A stretch of DNA of 64,000 nucleotides. Origin: Callorhinchus milii (taxonomy: Eukaryota). The stretch spans positions 75,580,001-75,644,000 of the forward strand of contig NW_024704743.1 of NCBI RefSeq assembly GCF_018977255.1. The letters are read 5' to 3'. Below, in pieces: positions 11,899-26,139 of this stretch (positions are counted from its first letter, which is position 1; each line of letters opens with the position of its first letter). Both the position numbers and the translations under genes were made by a program. The notes under the pieces are model-generated. The model saw nothing but the letters and a program-made list of their open reading frames with translations. It did no database searches and was not told where the DNA came from.

Positions 11899-12546
11899 GG
11901 AGTCCTGTAGCTCAGTGGTTAGAGGACTCGCTTTAATAATAATAATAATAATAATAATCCTTGCATTTGATATAGCGCTTTTCACGTCGGGAGGACGTCC
12001 CAAAGCGCTTCACAGAACACACTGTAAAGTGAATTGACTGTATATTTGTGGGCGAATGCGGCAGCCAATTGTGCACAGCAATGTCCCACAAACAGTCGTA
12101 GATTGAAAATGACCAATTTATTATTTTTTTTGGTTTTGGAAGGATTATTATTAGGCTCTGTGTGGAGTAAGGAAACTTGCCCAAGGTTTCGCCCTGCCTG
12201 GAATTGAACCCAGGTGTCTCACTTGCAAAGCGAGTGCTCTAACCACTGAGCTACAGGACTCCACGAGTCCTTTGCAAGTGAGAGACCTGGGTTTGATTCC
12301 CAGCAGTGTGAAATATTGGGCAAGTTTCCTTATTCCACACGTCTGATAATAATCCCTCAAAAAAAACAATAATAAATTGGCAATTTCAATCCATGACTGC
12401 TTGTGGGACACTGCTTTCTGCTATTGGCTGCTGCATTTTGCCCACAAATATAGTCATTCACTTTACAGTCTATTCTGTGAAGCGCTTTGACACATCTAGA
12501 AGACGTGAAAAGCGCTATATCAAATGCAAGGATTATTATTATTATT
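11899..12546 (+). mobile_element. Host SINE (11899-11934 plus 12270-12546) interrupted by the inverted SINE
   Basis: Head GGAGTCCTGTAGCTCAGTGG...CTTT resumes as CTTTGCAAGTGAGAGACC after the insert. Confidence 0.88.
11935..12262 (-). mobile_element. Young full-length tRNA-derived SINE (short form), nested inside another SINE
   Basis: A box TAGCTCAGTGG, B box GGTTCAATTCC, Deu-like core, L2-like tail, (ATT)n end. Confidence 0.93.
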
Positions 12547-13355
12547 AACAGTTGCCATGAGGATTCTGCAATTGGTTTCAGTATCCCTGGGCTGGAGAGG
12601 CGAGACTAGTTAAGGGTTCTGCTCCATTGATAGCTATCCAGTGTGCACTTAGATGAAGAAAGGATGGGGCTCATTTGTAGTTATCTCTTCCCCCTGGCCC
12701 AAGATTAACAGGCTTCCACATTCTCTGTCACAGATTCACCCCAAAAAATGACAACTAAAGTGAGCCAGCGGAGGCAATAACCAATCAATGTGCAGGGAGC
12801 CACACTCTTGCACAAGTCAACACAGTCACAAGGGACCAGGAAATAAATATTTTGATGATGGTAGTGGGACCGGGACTGAGCAGGAGTGCAAAGCATTTCA
12901 ACACAGCTGTACAATACACCGTCAATACACTTTACAGTAAACCCTGTGAAGCGCTTTGAGATGTCCTCCTGATGTGAAAGGCATTATATCAAAAGCAAGG
13001 ATTATTTTTATTAATATAGTACCAGCTTCTATTTTTAGCTTTTCACGAAGTCTGTTGTTAAGAGTCTGGCTTTGTCACAAAGAATAATCCTTGCATTTGA
13101 TATAGCACCTTTTTATGTTACTTCCCTAATTTTGTATTCCTCTGGGTACAAAGTCAAGCTTTGTTGTTGAAGCTAAACTCCACCTAGATTTCAACTACAA
13201 CCAATTACAAATAATGTATTATAGGTTACGATCAATGAGTATACAAAGATAGGTAACAAAGAGCAGAATTGCTAGTGCATTCAACATGTATGTATATTCA
13301 ATAAACAAGTTTAACCAGCTTATCTTTATAATATTTCCTGTATCTTTGTCATTAC

Positions 13356-13399
13356 CTTTTTCTTCTGGGCTTTGTGACCTGTCTTCATTTGCATCTAAA
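13356..13399 (-). CDS. ITPRID1: ITPRID1 coding exon 3: LDANEDRSQSPEEK
   Basis: 44 nt, tttacag| ... |gtaatg, phase 2 to 1; joins both neighbours in frame. Confidence 0.8.
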
Positions 13400-14419
13400 C
13401 TGTAAAGTAAGACACATGTCAGAGCATGTTATTTCATGCAGGTAATTTCCATAACTTTTTAGTTTTAGTTATCAGCTGTTAAATCAGACATGGTGTCAGG
13501 AACAAAACTCAGAGCTTGTCACAATTATTTGGAGGCATTTATTTAATAATAGGAGCTGGGTGGTAACACGCATACACACAACCCATGTTTACCATTTCAG
13601 TGCATTAAGGATAGTGTTCTGAGATGCTATCCTGTGTGAAGTGTGCTATATAAATGCAAGTTGCTGTTAAGGTAAATGATACAGTAACAATCGATCCTGA
13701 TATTGCACTCAGTTTAAACAGGTTATTTATTACTGTTACATATTTCAATCTCACAGCATATAATCTGAGAACATACAGAAGTGGTTGGTCAACAGGCATC
13801 AGAGTTTCCGTAGACTTTCAATAGAAAGAAAGAGAAGAATTAACTCAGATTTTAAGAGCATTTTGTCATGTTAAAAAGTCTTGAAGTGCTTTACAGTGAG
13901 TTAAAGTTTCTGTATGCAAACACAGTGGCTATTTTGTACATAGCAAGACTCCACAAACAGCCATTATTTTTTGGCATGAGCAATTCACTTTGAGGATTGT
14001 TGGCCAAGACACAGGGAAACATTCCCTTAGCTTCTTAAATAGTTTTAAGGAATTGATTTAATTGTTGACATCCACCTAAACTGACAGGATCTTAATTTGA
14101 AATCTCATCCAAAGGACCAGACCTCGGTCCCTAACACCTAGATTGTGAGCTACCAACTGCTACCAAGTGGACATCCTAAACCACCTAACAGAAACCATAA
14201 ACTGCAATTGTTACTCAATATCATAATTACAACATTTAGTACTGCAATTTTGCCCAATTTCAAGTAAAATGATAAGAAATGAAGATGGGTACTGAGCAGG
14301 TTTCGTATAGCTAGGTTTCTCAAAAGTCGCCCTGTTTCGGAGTTCTGCTCTGCTTCTACCAGCAAGATTTAGATTTCTTTCAAATCGATCAGCAGTGAGA
14401 AATGATTACCAACACTCAC

Positions 14420-14468
14420 GTGCAGCTAGTGTTCAGCCATTTCTGTATACTTTGTTCTTTGAAGTCTC
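14420..14468 (-). CDS. ITPRID1: ITPRID1 coding exon 2: (G)DFKEQSIQKWLNTSC(T)
   Basis: 49 nt, cccaaag| ... |gtgagt, phase 1 to 2. SIQ.WL motif as in ITPRID1. Confidence 0.88.
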
Positions 14469-15132
14469 CTTTGGGAAAAGAGGCATTGAATTTTGTGAGA
14501 GTTTGTAGATTATATACAGTATACTATAAAAGCTTTGATATAAATCATACCCTCATACATGCTTTTATAAGAGACAATCCATGAAAAACTAGAGATGGGC
14601 CTCTTCAGCCTTGAAAAGGAACATATCAAAGGGATCTTACTGAGGTATAGTTACAACAACAAGTTTCCACTTGCCAATTTTTTCATTCAACTGTAGTATG
14701 TGAAAACAAAATCCTGAAACACTTTATATTTAATTAGCATATTTATTCAACTAGTAGTTTTTCAGGTATTTAAATACAACTCATTCAGTTAGACACCGGC
14801 AGAGTTTAGAAGTCAAATCACTTTAGTGTGAAACGTTTTTGTTGAGTCTTTTAAGTTGAAGCTGCATCACAAGGTTAGCCCACTGGCCTCACAAGTGAGA
14901 GGACTCAGGTTTGACTCCTGGCAGGGCGAAACCTTAAGCAAGTTTCCTTACTTCACACGCCTCTGTTTACCCAGCAGAAGTAGAAACCCAGTTGTTTGTC
15001 GACTGGCAGAACGCTTTCAGGGGGTAATAGTTCCTCCAAAAAAAATGTGGTCACTCAATCCACGATTGTTTGTGGGACACCACTGTGTGAAATTGGCTGA
15101 TGCATTTTACCCATAAAAATACACTGTCAATT

Positions 15133-16228
15133 ATGGGGAGGTGACTGTATGCACAATTGAAAAGGAAGGTATTTATGCGGGATTTGAAAGTGGGGAGGGA
15201 GGGGGCAAAGCAGAGGGATTGAAGGAGAGAGTTCCAGAGCTTCAGGTGTAGTGGCTGAAGGCATGGCCACCGATGGTGGAGCGGAGGGGTTGAGGGAAAA
15301 ACAGGTGGCCGGAGCCAGCCAAGCAGAGGCAGCTGGTGGTGGAGTGGGGAGTAAGCGAATTGGATAAGTGATTGGAAAATGAGTGAGAGGATCTTGAAAT
15401 CGATCCATTCAGTAATGGAGCCTGGCAAGGACTGGTGTGATGGGCATACAGAGTTTTGTTTGGGTGAGTATCCGGGTGGCGTAGTTTTGAATTAGTTGAA
15501 TTTTGTGTATGGTGGAGCTGGGGAGACCAGTGAAGAGGGTATTGGAATAGTCCAGCCGGGAAGTGATGAAGGCGTGAACAAGTGTTTCGGCTGTTTTGGT
15601 TGTAAGATATGGATGGAGGAGGGCAACGTGACAGGTGGAAAAAAGCGGTCTTGGTCAGGAAACAGATGTGGGGTAGAAAGGAAAGCTGGGGATTGAACCT
15701 GACTTCTAAGTTGCGCATGGGTTTGGTGAGTCTGAGGGAGAACCCGGGGAGATTGAGTTTAGACCCCCAGGAGAGAAGATGTTGACGGGAGCCAAAGAGC
15801 ATGGGTTCCATCTTGCCAACATTCACTGCAGGTAATTTGCGCTTATCCAGGCCTTGATGTCCATCAAAGAAGCTGGCAGGACATCAGCGCACTGGGAGTC
15901 ACAGCTGGAAAGGGAGAAGTAGATTTGTGTTTCATCCGCATATATGTTGAAGTTGACCCCATGTCTGCAGATAACATTGCTGAGAAGGAGCGTGTAGATA
16001 AGAAAAAGGAGAGGGCCAAGGATGGATCCTTGAGGTACCCCACAAGTGACTGGGTGGGGGCGGGAGGAAAAANCATTTGCCAAAATGTATTGTTGACAGT
16101 TTGTTAAGTAGGATTCGAACCATGCAAGTGCAATCCCACTAAAGTGAGTGAGGGAGGAGAGGCAGTGGAGGAGAATCTTGTGTTTGACTGTATTGGGGGA
16201 GCCCTGGTCACAGAGAGAGAGAGGATGT
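15133..16228 (-). mobile_element. L2 LINE 3' fragment, degenerate
   Basis: GVPQGSILGP, YADETQIY and GGHAFSHY in minus-strand ORFs. Confidence 0.92.
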
Positions 16229-17181
16229 CATTTGTGTGTGCGTGTGTGGACATCAAGCAAGAATGGGATCAGCTCAATTGTAACAGACCCCATGGTTGAT
16301 TAGCTTGACAAAAAATTCAAAGAGGGAACCTTTTAAACCCAGCAGGATTCGCTGAAAAAAATCACATGTTGCTCTTCTCTGCTAGACTGGTCAAAAATTA
16401 ATTTTAAAAGTAAAACTTCAAAGCTGAAATGGCTGCTCTAACAACTGGGAATTAAAACTAAAGTTGCATCTTGCTAAAAGTTTTGGGGAAAAAACACGTC
16501 GGCCAAATTGATTGTGGGAAGCCTGTAGGAGAAACCATTCTCCTGAAGCCTTGGGTGTTCAGTCCCACACCATTCATTAAAGAGTTTCAGGTTGATAAAA
16601 TGGTCTTTAATAATGAAGAAACAGATTAGGAGAGATTCCCCGAGGGTTTTGATTTACTCTATTTTCTTAGCATTTCAGAGTGTCTAGAACATGGCAAAAA
16701 ACCTTGATTTTGAAACCAGTTTTCTGTCGTTGCTCAAAAAAACTAAGGCTAAGAATTTACCAAATTCTGGACTCTCTAAAATGCTAAGAAAATAGAATAA
16801 ATCTGGACCCAGGTAGAATATGTACCCGAGAATGCGTTTAGGAAACTGCTATGTTCGTCCACAAATATAGAGTCACTCCACTTCACAATATATCCTCTGA
16901 AGCACTTTGGGACATCCTCCTGATCTGAAAGGCGCTATACCAAACGCACTATTATTTTGTCCGATGGGATTTTGTACTTAGCAGCGAGAGAAACATTGCC
17001 CACTCAACATCTTTGCAAATTTACTATGTACTATTCAGGACTACTTTGCATTGTAGGCCTAACAATGTTATATTAATTATTGTTTATCATGTATTATCCA
17101 CAGTTGTAATCTTACATATAACCTCCTTCCAGTTTCACCTTATGTGATCACTTAACTGACCAACAGAAGCACATCTCTTAC

Positions 17182-17323
17182 CACTCCATGTATGGAACAG
17201 TCTGGGGGGACCCTCCACTCTGTCTGCTAAGTTTCCATCCACTGCAGCCCAGGCCGCTCTGGTTGATGCAAGGTTCACTCTCTTTGTCTTGTCAAGGTTA
17301 TTCAATCTTGGAGCTGAAGTCAT
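17182..17323 (-). CDS. ITPRID1: ITPRID1/CCDC129 first coding exon (exon 17360-17182, ATG at 17323): MTSAPRLNNLDKTKRVNLASTRAAWAAVDGNLADRVEGPPRLFHTWS
   Basis: Acceptor tttttctcag ends at 17361; in-frame TGA lies upstream of the ATG; donor G|gtaaga, phase 1. The KR..L..T..AWA..D..L pattern resembles the ITPRID1 N-terminus as recalled. Confidence 0.85.
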
Positions 17324-18481
17324 TTTCCCAATCGTTTAAAGTCTTCACTGATTATAGCAGCTGAGAAAAATCATGGATACAATATTTACTCTCTGCTTAG
17401 CTACTATTGCCGTGTTTGCTTACATTCACTACTACTTACAGTAAATCCTGTGAAGTTCTTTGCAACAATTTGACAACATGATAAGGCACTATATCAAATA
17501 CAGGACTATTATTATTATTACTATGATAATGTAGTAAGGTTGATTATTTGGTCATTCACCTCATGGCTGTTTATGGGATCTTTCGGTGCTTGAAGACAAA
17601 ATACATGATATTTGAAAAGGGGATGAAATAACTTTCACAAGCAATGCAATATGAAATGCTGTCAATTTCACACTAGCACGAGTAATATTACACAATAGCC
17701 ATGAAGACCTCATAGGCAGCTTTATGACATAAAAACAAAAACAGGATGATTTCTAACATTACTGTACTGTGACCAAGCCTCAAAGGTTCCGCCATTAGAA
17801 ACCTCTGACCACCAGTACTCCAGACTTGAAGTTTTCGATTCTGGGCAGATGGGCACCTCACATCTTTCACTTCCTTTCCCTCTATCTGTGCTGCATTAAC
17901 TGTCTTCAGCCAGAGTCGTACTACATGGCCTCTCAGTGTCCCTGAGTTATCAGACTTGCTGCACATCCCTTGTCCTTTCACACCACCATCAGTGGCTGAG
18001 CCTTCAGTTTCTATTCCCCTATGTCTGGAATCCCTCGCTCAACCACTCCATCTCACCCCCACTCTTTAGGTATGACCTCAAATCCTACCTCATTGGAAGT
18101 GTCTATGGTCACTTCCCTGCTGGGTGTCCAAGCGAGTCCCTGTAAAGCTCTCCAAGACATTACCCTCTGTGAAGGGTGCTATAAAATCTAAGTTATCGTT
18201 GTGGTAGAAAAGGGGAACATCAATCAGAGTTCCTGTTCTTGATCGCTGTTCACTGATATCTGCTGGAAAGCCTAGCTTTGCGAATGTCGGGCGAAGACAG
18301 GATTGAGCGCAGTTGAGATATAAAGGTCCGAGAGTTGAGGCAATGGACTGACAATATAACTAGCATCACAGAGTACAGTTTTACAGTGGATAATGTCTTC
18401 TAACTCATTGTGTAGAAGCTGCTTCACATGGTAAACAAAAGAACACAGAGAATCAATGGCAGGAGATTGTAGCTGTATATC

Positions 18482-18833
18482 GAGTCCTGTAGCTCAGTGG
18501 TTAGAGCACGCGAGAGGACCTGGGTATAATTCCCAGGCAGGACAAAATGTTGAGCAAGTCTCCTTACTCCACATGCCTCTGTTTATCTAGCATAAATAGG
18601 AACCTGGTTGTTAGTTGATTGGTGGATCACTTTTCTGGGGATAATAATCCGTTCAAAACATTTTTTTAAATGTGGTCCCTCAATCCACGACTGTTTGTGG
18701 GACACTGCTGTCAGCAATTGGCTGCTGCGTTTCACTACAAAATACACAGTCAATTCACTTTACAATACATTCTGCGAAGCGTTTGAGACATCTTGAAATC
18801 GTGATAAGGCACTATACAAGAATTATTATTATT
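18482..18833 (+). mobile_element. tRNA-derived SINE, long form
   Basis: Head, core and tail present, plus the extra internal segment. Confidence 0.9.
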
Positions 18834-19230
18834 TATGATTAATATTATTATTATTGCTCCACACTGCAGCAATGGATGAACACTATCACTCACCAAATAC
18901 AAGGAGAGAAGTCACAGTTGCATTTAAAGAGATGAGTGTCACAAAGCCTGAATAGAATCAGAATAAAAACCTCTTGCCTCAAAACAATAAATACTGGAAT
19001 ATCTCAGCAAATGTGAAGTGCTGCAATACACTCTCAGGGTTCAAGCAACAGTTCTGAAGGCTCAGGCTTTTTTCACAGTTCTTGACCTGAACTAATTTCC
19101 TTGTTTAGATTACTGCCTTGTAATTACTCATTATTTTCCGTGGAGGTTGTAAACTTTGACTCACTTCCTGGTAAATACTCACATCTACCTATTATCAGAC
19201 TGGATCCAGTGTTAAACAGTGCATCTGAGA

Positions 19231-19608
19231 AATAATAATAATAATAATAATCCTTGCATTTGATATAGCACCTGATCATGTCTTCTAGACATCTCAAAGT
19301 GCTTCACAGTATATACAGTAGAGTGAATTGACTGTATGTTTTCTGGACGAAATGCGGCAGCCAATTGCACACAGCAGTGTCCCACAAACAGTCATAGATT
19401 AAGTGTTCAAATTTTTTCTTTTTTTTTAAGGGATTATTGCCCCCAGAGAAACGATCTGCCAATCAACTAAAAAACAGGTTCCTAATTACTGCTAGGTAAA
19501 CAGGGATGTGGAGTAATGAAACATGCCCAACGTTTTGCCCTGCCAGGGAGCAAACCTAGATCCTCTCGCTTGCAAGGGAGTGCTCCAACCACTAAGCTAT
19601 AGGACTCC
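19231..19608 (-). mobile_element. tRNA-derived SINE, long form
   Basis: Same family on the reverse strand. Confidence 0.9.
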
Positions 19609-21299
19609 TGTGTACTGTATACAGAATATACTGTAAAGTGGAGTGACTGCATTTTGTGGGCAAAATGCGGCAGCCAACTGTGCACAGAAGTGTCCCATAA
19701 ATAGCCTCATCTGGGGAAGGGGGGGCGGGAGGGGGAGGGGTGGAAAGCAGGACTCCTTGTGGCTCAATGAACACTGTGCCACCACCATTAGGACATTGTT
19801 TCAAATCCAGCCCATGCCAAAAGCATGAAAGTTTCTTCTCTTGATTTACCTACTGTAGGTGTCTCATTTGAAATTAAGAAGTTTCATGGCAGTGATTCAC
19901 CTGTTAAATGACCCTAACTTGGTAGTCAGTGCCCATAAATGGGTCTATTTCCAGCAATAGCCATAGAGGGACAAGAATAAGCCTCACTGCCGTAAGTTTC
20001 TCCCAGTGTCCCGGCCAACACTTTCCCAGATGAAATTAGTCATTCACTTGATATGTATGCAGGGCATTGCTGTGCACAACTTGGCTGCCGCATTTCCCTA
20101 CATAATACATTAATCACTATGCTTCAAGTAAAACTAGCACTGCTTCAAGATATCCTCTCCAGTTAAAAGGTGCTATATCAAATGCAAAGATTATTACGAA
20201 TTAGTATTATTAAATTACTGCTGACAATAAAAGGATAGCATCTATGATGCAAGCTGATATTTTCCTTTATTTGTTTATTTTTCTTCGTGCTAAAATGTTC
20301 CATTTAAAATTACAGAATGCATCACATTGACGAGAATATCTCTACCTGACATTTGCAAGTGTAATTAGTTTTTGCATAAATATTAATTATAGAATCTCAT
20401 AATGTTTCATTTATTATGCAACACCTTTTTTTTACAATATTTTGACATATTGCTATAATAGAAACATTTGAAAGGGGATTAAACTATGTATTTGTAATTA
20501 GACTTTTCATGAGATGACATTTTCCAAAAAGAAACTGCAGAAGATCAACCATTGCCTGGTTATATTAAGCAGTATATCCAACCCTAATGGATCCAATTCC
20601 TCCCTGGGGCAGAATATTAAACTGACAAATCAGGAACAACAGCACATTTGCAACAACCCATCCAGTTTATGTCATGTGTGCACATTATTAGTAAGCCTAG
20701 CAAAAAATGGGAATACCAAGCAGAAAACATTAATAGAGCCCAGGGTTAGCATTGAAAAAGACAATTTCAGGACACCAGCGGGTAATTAACAGCTGGAATG
20801 GTTAACCAGGAAGGGTGGTTCAAGCCAAGATGTTAAATTAATTTAAGAAACACTTGGAGGCTTGCGATACTTTATCTCAGCTAGGGTAACGCTTAGGGGA
20901 CATTGTAATTGATCTCAGCTCTCTGTTTAGAGTGAGGAGGTTATCAGGAATGGTTCCTACTCCTGATCCCTATCTTGTGATTCTTGCTGGAGGTGCATTT
21001 AGATGGATAATAATAATAATAATCTTTGCATTTGATACAGCGCCTTTCATGTCGGGAGGATACCTTAAAGTGCATCACAGGATGTCATGTAGGGACGGAT
21101 TAGGCTCCCACCACATGTGATGTCCCCCACCATACTTAACCTACAGTTGAATATTCTGCTGGCGTTAACAATATACCCTTTGTCAATAGTTATCTCTGTT
21201 ATTCTTGCCCTCTTCATCCTTGTGCCCACACACACCTCTTTGCCCAGTAGGGCCCCCCAGTCAGTCTTGTTCTCATTTCCTCACTCTCTCTTCCTCAGA

Positions 21300-23946
21300 T
21301 TTTTTGGCTTCCACGGACCTCACCCTCTTCCATTCCTCTCTCCCTTTGAAAATCCTCCTGTGTGTCCTTCCATATAGACACTTCTGCCCTCCTCTCTTCC
21401 CTGTCCCTCTGCTCCGAGCGCCTACTCATAATGGGCAATTTCAACCTCCACCTAAATTCCCCTTGCACCACTTCTGCCGATTTCACTGTCCTCCTCTCCT
21501 CCCTAAATCTTACCCTCCATATAAGTTCACCCACCCACAACCGTGGTCATGCACTTGACCTCGTCATCATCCATGGCCTTGACATTTCCGACCTCAGCAC
21601 AGTGGACAAGGCATCTCGGACCACTTTTTCATCTCCTTCTCCTCTCACATCCCTCTCTCCTCCACCAAGCCCTCAACTATCCTCTACCGCCTTTGGAAAC
21701 GGTACCCCCGAGACCCTCACAAAGGCCCTCTCATCATCAAATATCCTTTCCCTCTGGCCTTCTATCCACTGAGATCCTGAAGCAGCCGTCCAGCTGCTCC
21801 ATGATCACCTCTCCTCCACCTTCAACTCCCTCGTGCCCCTGAAATCCAGGACCATCTCCAAACCCACCTGATCCCCCTGGTACAACAACAATCTCCGCCG
21901 CCAAAAAGCCCAAACCCGTCTGCTCGAGCGCAGATGGCGGAAAACTGGCCTGACAGTCCACCGCCAACTGTGGCTCGAGTTCTTTGACTCGTGCAAAAAC
22001 GGCCTTCTACTCCAATATCATCTTGGAGGCTAAACACAACTCAAAAATCCTTTTTTCCACCACCCACTACCTCCTCTGTGTCCCCCCCTCAGGCCTCCTC
22101 AATCTTTGTATCCAATGCCAAGTGCGAGGAGGTCATGGACTTTTTTTCTTCTAAAATACTTACCATCCGCCAGGCAGCTTCATCCACCTGCACCTTGTCA
22201 CCCACCACCTCGCCCTCTCTGTCCCCCTCACCTTCCTCATCATCTGCTCCTATCATCACCCCCATTCTACATTCCTTCCTCCCCATCTCTCCCTCCTCCC
22301 TCTCACCCACCATCAGTTCCATGAAACCCACCACCTGCTACCTCCACCCCCTCCCCATCAACTTACTGGTCACCCAACTGCCCCTCCTCTGCCCATTACT
22401 GGCTGACATCATCAACCAGTCCCTCTCCTCCGGATCAGTCCCTGCCTCCCTCAAAACTGCTGTCATCACCCCCCTCCTGAAGAAACCCTCCCTAGATCCC
22501 TCAAACCCCAGCCATTACCGCCCTATTTCTAACCTGCCCTTCCTCTCAAAAGTTCTAGAACACGTCGTTGCCAACCAACTTTGCGCACACCTCTCCTCCC
22601 ACTCCCTCTTCCAACCCCTCCAGTCCGGTTTCTGCTCTGCCCACAGTACAGAGACTGCGCTTGTGAAAGTCACAAACGACATGCTCTCTATCTGTGACCA
22701 GGGTTCCCTCTGCCTCCTTGTCCTCCTGGACCTCTCCGCCGCGTTCGACACAGTCGATCATGCCATCCTCCTCCACCGCCTTTCCTCCGTCATCCACCTC
22801 AGTGGGACTGCACTCGCCTGGTTCGAGTCCTACCTCACAAACCACCAGTAGTACATCTACACAAACGGCTTCTCCTCCCGCTCTCACCCGGTCACCTGCG
22901 GGGTACCCCAAGGATCCATCCTTGGCCCCTTCCTCTTTCTGATCTACATGCTCCCTCTTGGGGATGTCATCCGCAGACATGGGGTACATTTCTACATGTA
23001 TGCAGATGACACCCAGCTCTATTCTTCCACCTCTCTTTGCGACCCCCAATCCCCTGATGTTCTGTCAGGCTGCCTGTCAGATCTCAGGGGCTGGATGAAC
23101 GCAAACTTCCTTCAGCTGAACGTTGACAAGACGGAAGCCATACTCTTTGGCTCTTGTCAACGTCTAAAATCTCACGGCTCTCACCTCCTCCACCTACCCG
23201 ACCTCCCCCTAAAACTCTTCGAACCTATACGCAACCTAGGCTTCAGGTTCAACCCCCAATTATCCTTCCTCCCCCACATCCGGTCCCTCACCAACACCGC
23301 ATTCTACCACCTCCGACGCATCGCCCGTCTCCGCCAATACCTCTCCCCAAAAGCCACTGAAACCCTGGTCCATGCTTTTGTCACCTCGGCTGGACTACTC
23401 CAAAACCCTCCTCACCGGCCTCCCATCCACTACCATCCATAAAATCCAAATCATTCAAAACTCTGCCGCCCGCATTCTCACCCGCACCAAACTCCACTCC
23501 CCGATCACCGCAGTCCTTGTCAGACTGCACTGGCTGCCTGTCCCAGAGAGGATCAATTTCAAGATCCTCACCCTTGTATTCAAGTCCCTGCACTCTTCTG
23601 CACCCCCCTACCTTTCTGACCTCCTTTCTCCTCAAAACAGTACCCGTTGCTTTCGTTCCTCTGGGTCTGGCGTCCTCTTCGTCCCCCGAGTCCTGCACTC
23701 CACCCTCGGTGGCCGTGCCTTCAGCCACTATGCCCTGAGGCTCTGGAACTGCCTTCCTCACTCCCTTCATCTCATTCCCTCCCTTCTCATTTTCAGGTCT
23801 CTGCTGAAGACCTTTCTTTTCGACCGCGCCTTTGGTCACCTTCCTCCCCGTCCCTCTGGCTCGGTCTCGGGATCCGTTACTGTGAAGCACTCTGAGACGC
23901 CGTCCGGTGTGGAGTGCGCTACATAAATCCAAGTTGTTGTTGTTGT
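21300..23946 (+). mobile_element. L2 LINE, 5'-truncated; ORF2 (endonuclease remnant + RT) broken by stops and frameshifts; (GTT)n tail
   Basis: Translations include [66 protein letters not shown] and GGRAFS. Confidence 0.95.
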
Positions 23947-26139
23947 CAAATACAGAGTACTTCAAACTGTTCTGCTTCTCCTTTAATAGAGGCAACTTAT
24001 AAATGCCAGGGAGTAGTTTGACTACTGTAATAATAATTCTCCATAGTGATTGATCGGGTTATGAGGTCAGTGAAATATATATTTAGAATTGTGGCTCCTA
24101 CATGGAAATATTTAAATGAGAGCTTTATCAGTACCGCCACGGGCAAACAAAACCCTAGCTTACTGGGGACACCTGTTATACATAAAATATTTCCATTTAT
24201 TCTGTACATAGATACTAATCATTTCTCAAAATACAGGTTAACTTCGGAAGAGGGTTTCTGAAGAACAGGGAACAGGAACTGGTCGTGGCGTATTTGCTCA
24301 TCTTAGTCTGCAATTGCAATAACAATAATAATCCTGGAATTTGATATAGCGCCTTTTCATATGGCGTATGAACAAATACATAGCACACATTGTGTCTCTC
24401 TAAGTGCTTCACATGATTTTTCGATAAAATGTAGAGGACTTTGTTTTTGTAGGTGACCATCTTGTAGGTAGATAAGAACTTGCATTTATATACAACAACA
24501 ATCTGCATTTATAAAGCACCCTTATTATTACAGTAGTCAAACTGCTCCCTGGGATTTATAAGTTGCCTCTGTTAAAGGATAATGTCTCGCTTCACAGAGG
24601 CAGAGTTGAATCTTGAGCAAGGGAGAAGGAATAGGTGACCATAGATACGGTCAAAAAAGTAGGTTTTTGGTTGGGCCAAAGGTGGATCAAGAAGGGGCGA
24701 GGCGGAGGAATTGAGTTTTTGAGATTAGGAACACAGTGGCTGGAGGTTTGGTCACCAATGGTGGCATGGAGGCATCAGGGGATGAGTATTAGGCAGGATA
24801 TCTGGGAGAAAGATTCCACGTATCATTGAAATACATCTACCTGAATCACAAGGTAAAAATAACCTAAAATTAAAAACATAATCAAATAATGGGGTGGAGA
24901 TGGTTTGCCTACAAAACAGTCACTACACTTACATTAAATCTTCTAAAGTGCTTTGGGATGTGCTCTCAAAGAGAAAGGCAATGTATCAAATGTACGAATT
25001 ATTATTATCATCAATTATAAATAATTTAAATTGTACACAATATAGAATGTTCGCAGGTAGGCCAATGGGACAGCTAATGTGTGGAGGCAACACCCCACAA
25101 ATGCTGAGTGAAAAAATTGAGTATTTTGGTAAGGAAGAATACAAATGGGTATGTATAGGGAAAAGGCCACAAAATACTCCTTACAGAGATTCAGCCTTGG
25201 AACAATAGTCTGAATGGTCTCTTTTTGTCCTTCCAGATTCTAAGACTCCTTACAAAGTTTATTGCAGTGTTACTAGGAGTCATATTTCCCATTATTTACT
25301 TCCTGATAGAGTTCCCAATTCTGTGAAACTCTTCAAGCAAACAGGACCCAAAATGTTTTCAACGTACCAAAGGATGACTCGTGATTAGCAAACTAAATTA
25401 AAGCCAAAAGTTGTTTGCTAGCAAAAGGGTTCCTCATTTAATGCGAGGCTTGCAGGATGTAAAGCAATACCACTTCCAGTAGTGAAGTGAAGGGGAAGTC
25501 AGAATTATATATCTCACTTCTCGCCTTCAGCTGGAACTGTTAAAAAAAATGGCCTTTCTATACCAACATTCACGGAATCCCAAATCGGATGTTAGTGGAG
25601 TTATTCACATCAATTTATTTTGACCACTAAAGAACTTTTACAGGATGATTTGGGGACAGAGGTGAAAACAATCAGCAGTCGGGATGTTTATGCTGCAGCT
25701 ATGTGAGTTCAAAATCCACAGCAATGTCAAAACCACCTCCTCAAAGTGGTTTCAGTACCAGGTCTCTAGCACGATTTGTACTGTTTAACCCAAATTTATA
25801 GCAAGACCAGCATTGGACTAATTGTGAAAGTGGCTGACTGTCACTTTATTGTGACTTACTACACATAAAGAAACTGACGCTAAACATGCAAGTAACTCTT
25901 CATAATGAGAGTACTTGCATTTGATGTCACCTCACTTCCTACAATAAAATAATAGTAATCCTTGCATTTTGATATGGCGCCTTATCACGTCTTCGTGCCG
26001 TCTCAAAGCGCTTCACAGAATATACTGTAAAATAAATTGACTACATATTTTGTGGGCGAAACGCGGCAGCCAATTGTGCACAGCAGTGTCCCACACACAT
26101 TTGTGGATTGAGTGACCAAACTATTATTATTATTCTTTT

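Noticed and set aside
11933..12411. Recurrent short ORFs ending ...[15 protein letters not shown] (also at 28932, 31555, 56936, 61390, 62566)
   Set aside because: Chance translations of the SINE tail and its (ATT)n end, not a gene family.
21205..23995. Many overlapping Pro/Ser-rich and Gly/Glu-rich ORFs of 70-200 aa
   Set aside because: Off-frame and antisense readings of the C-rich L2 element.
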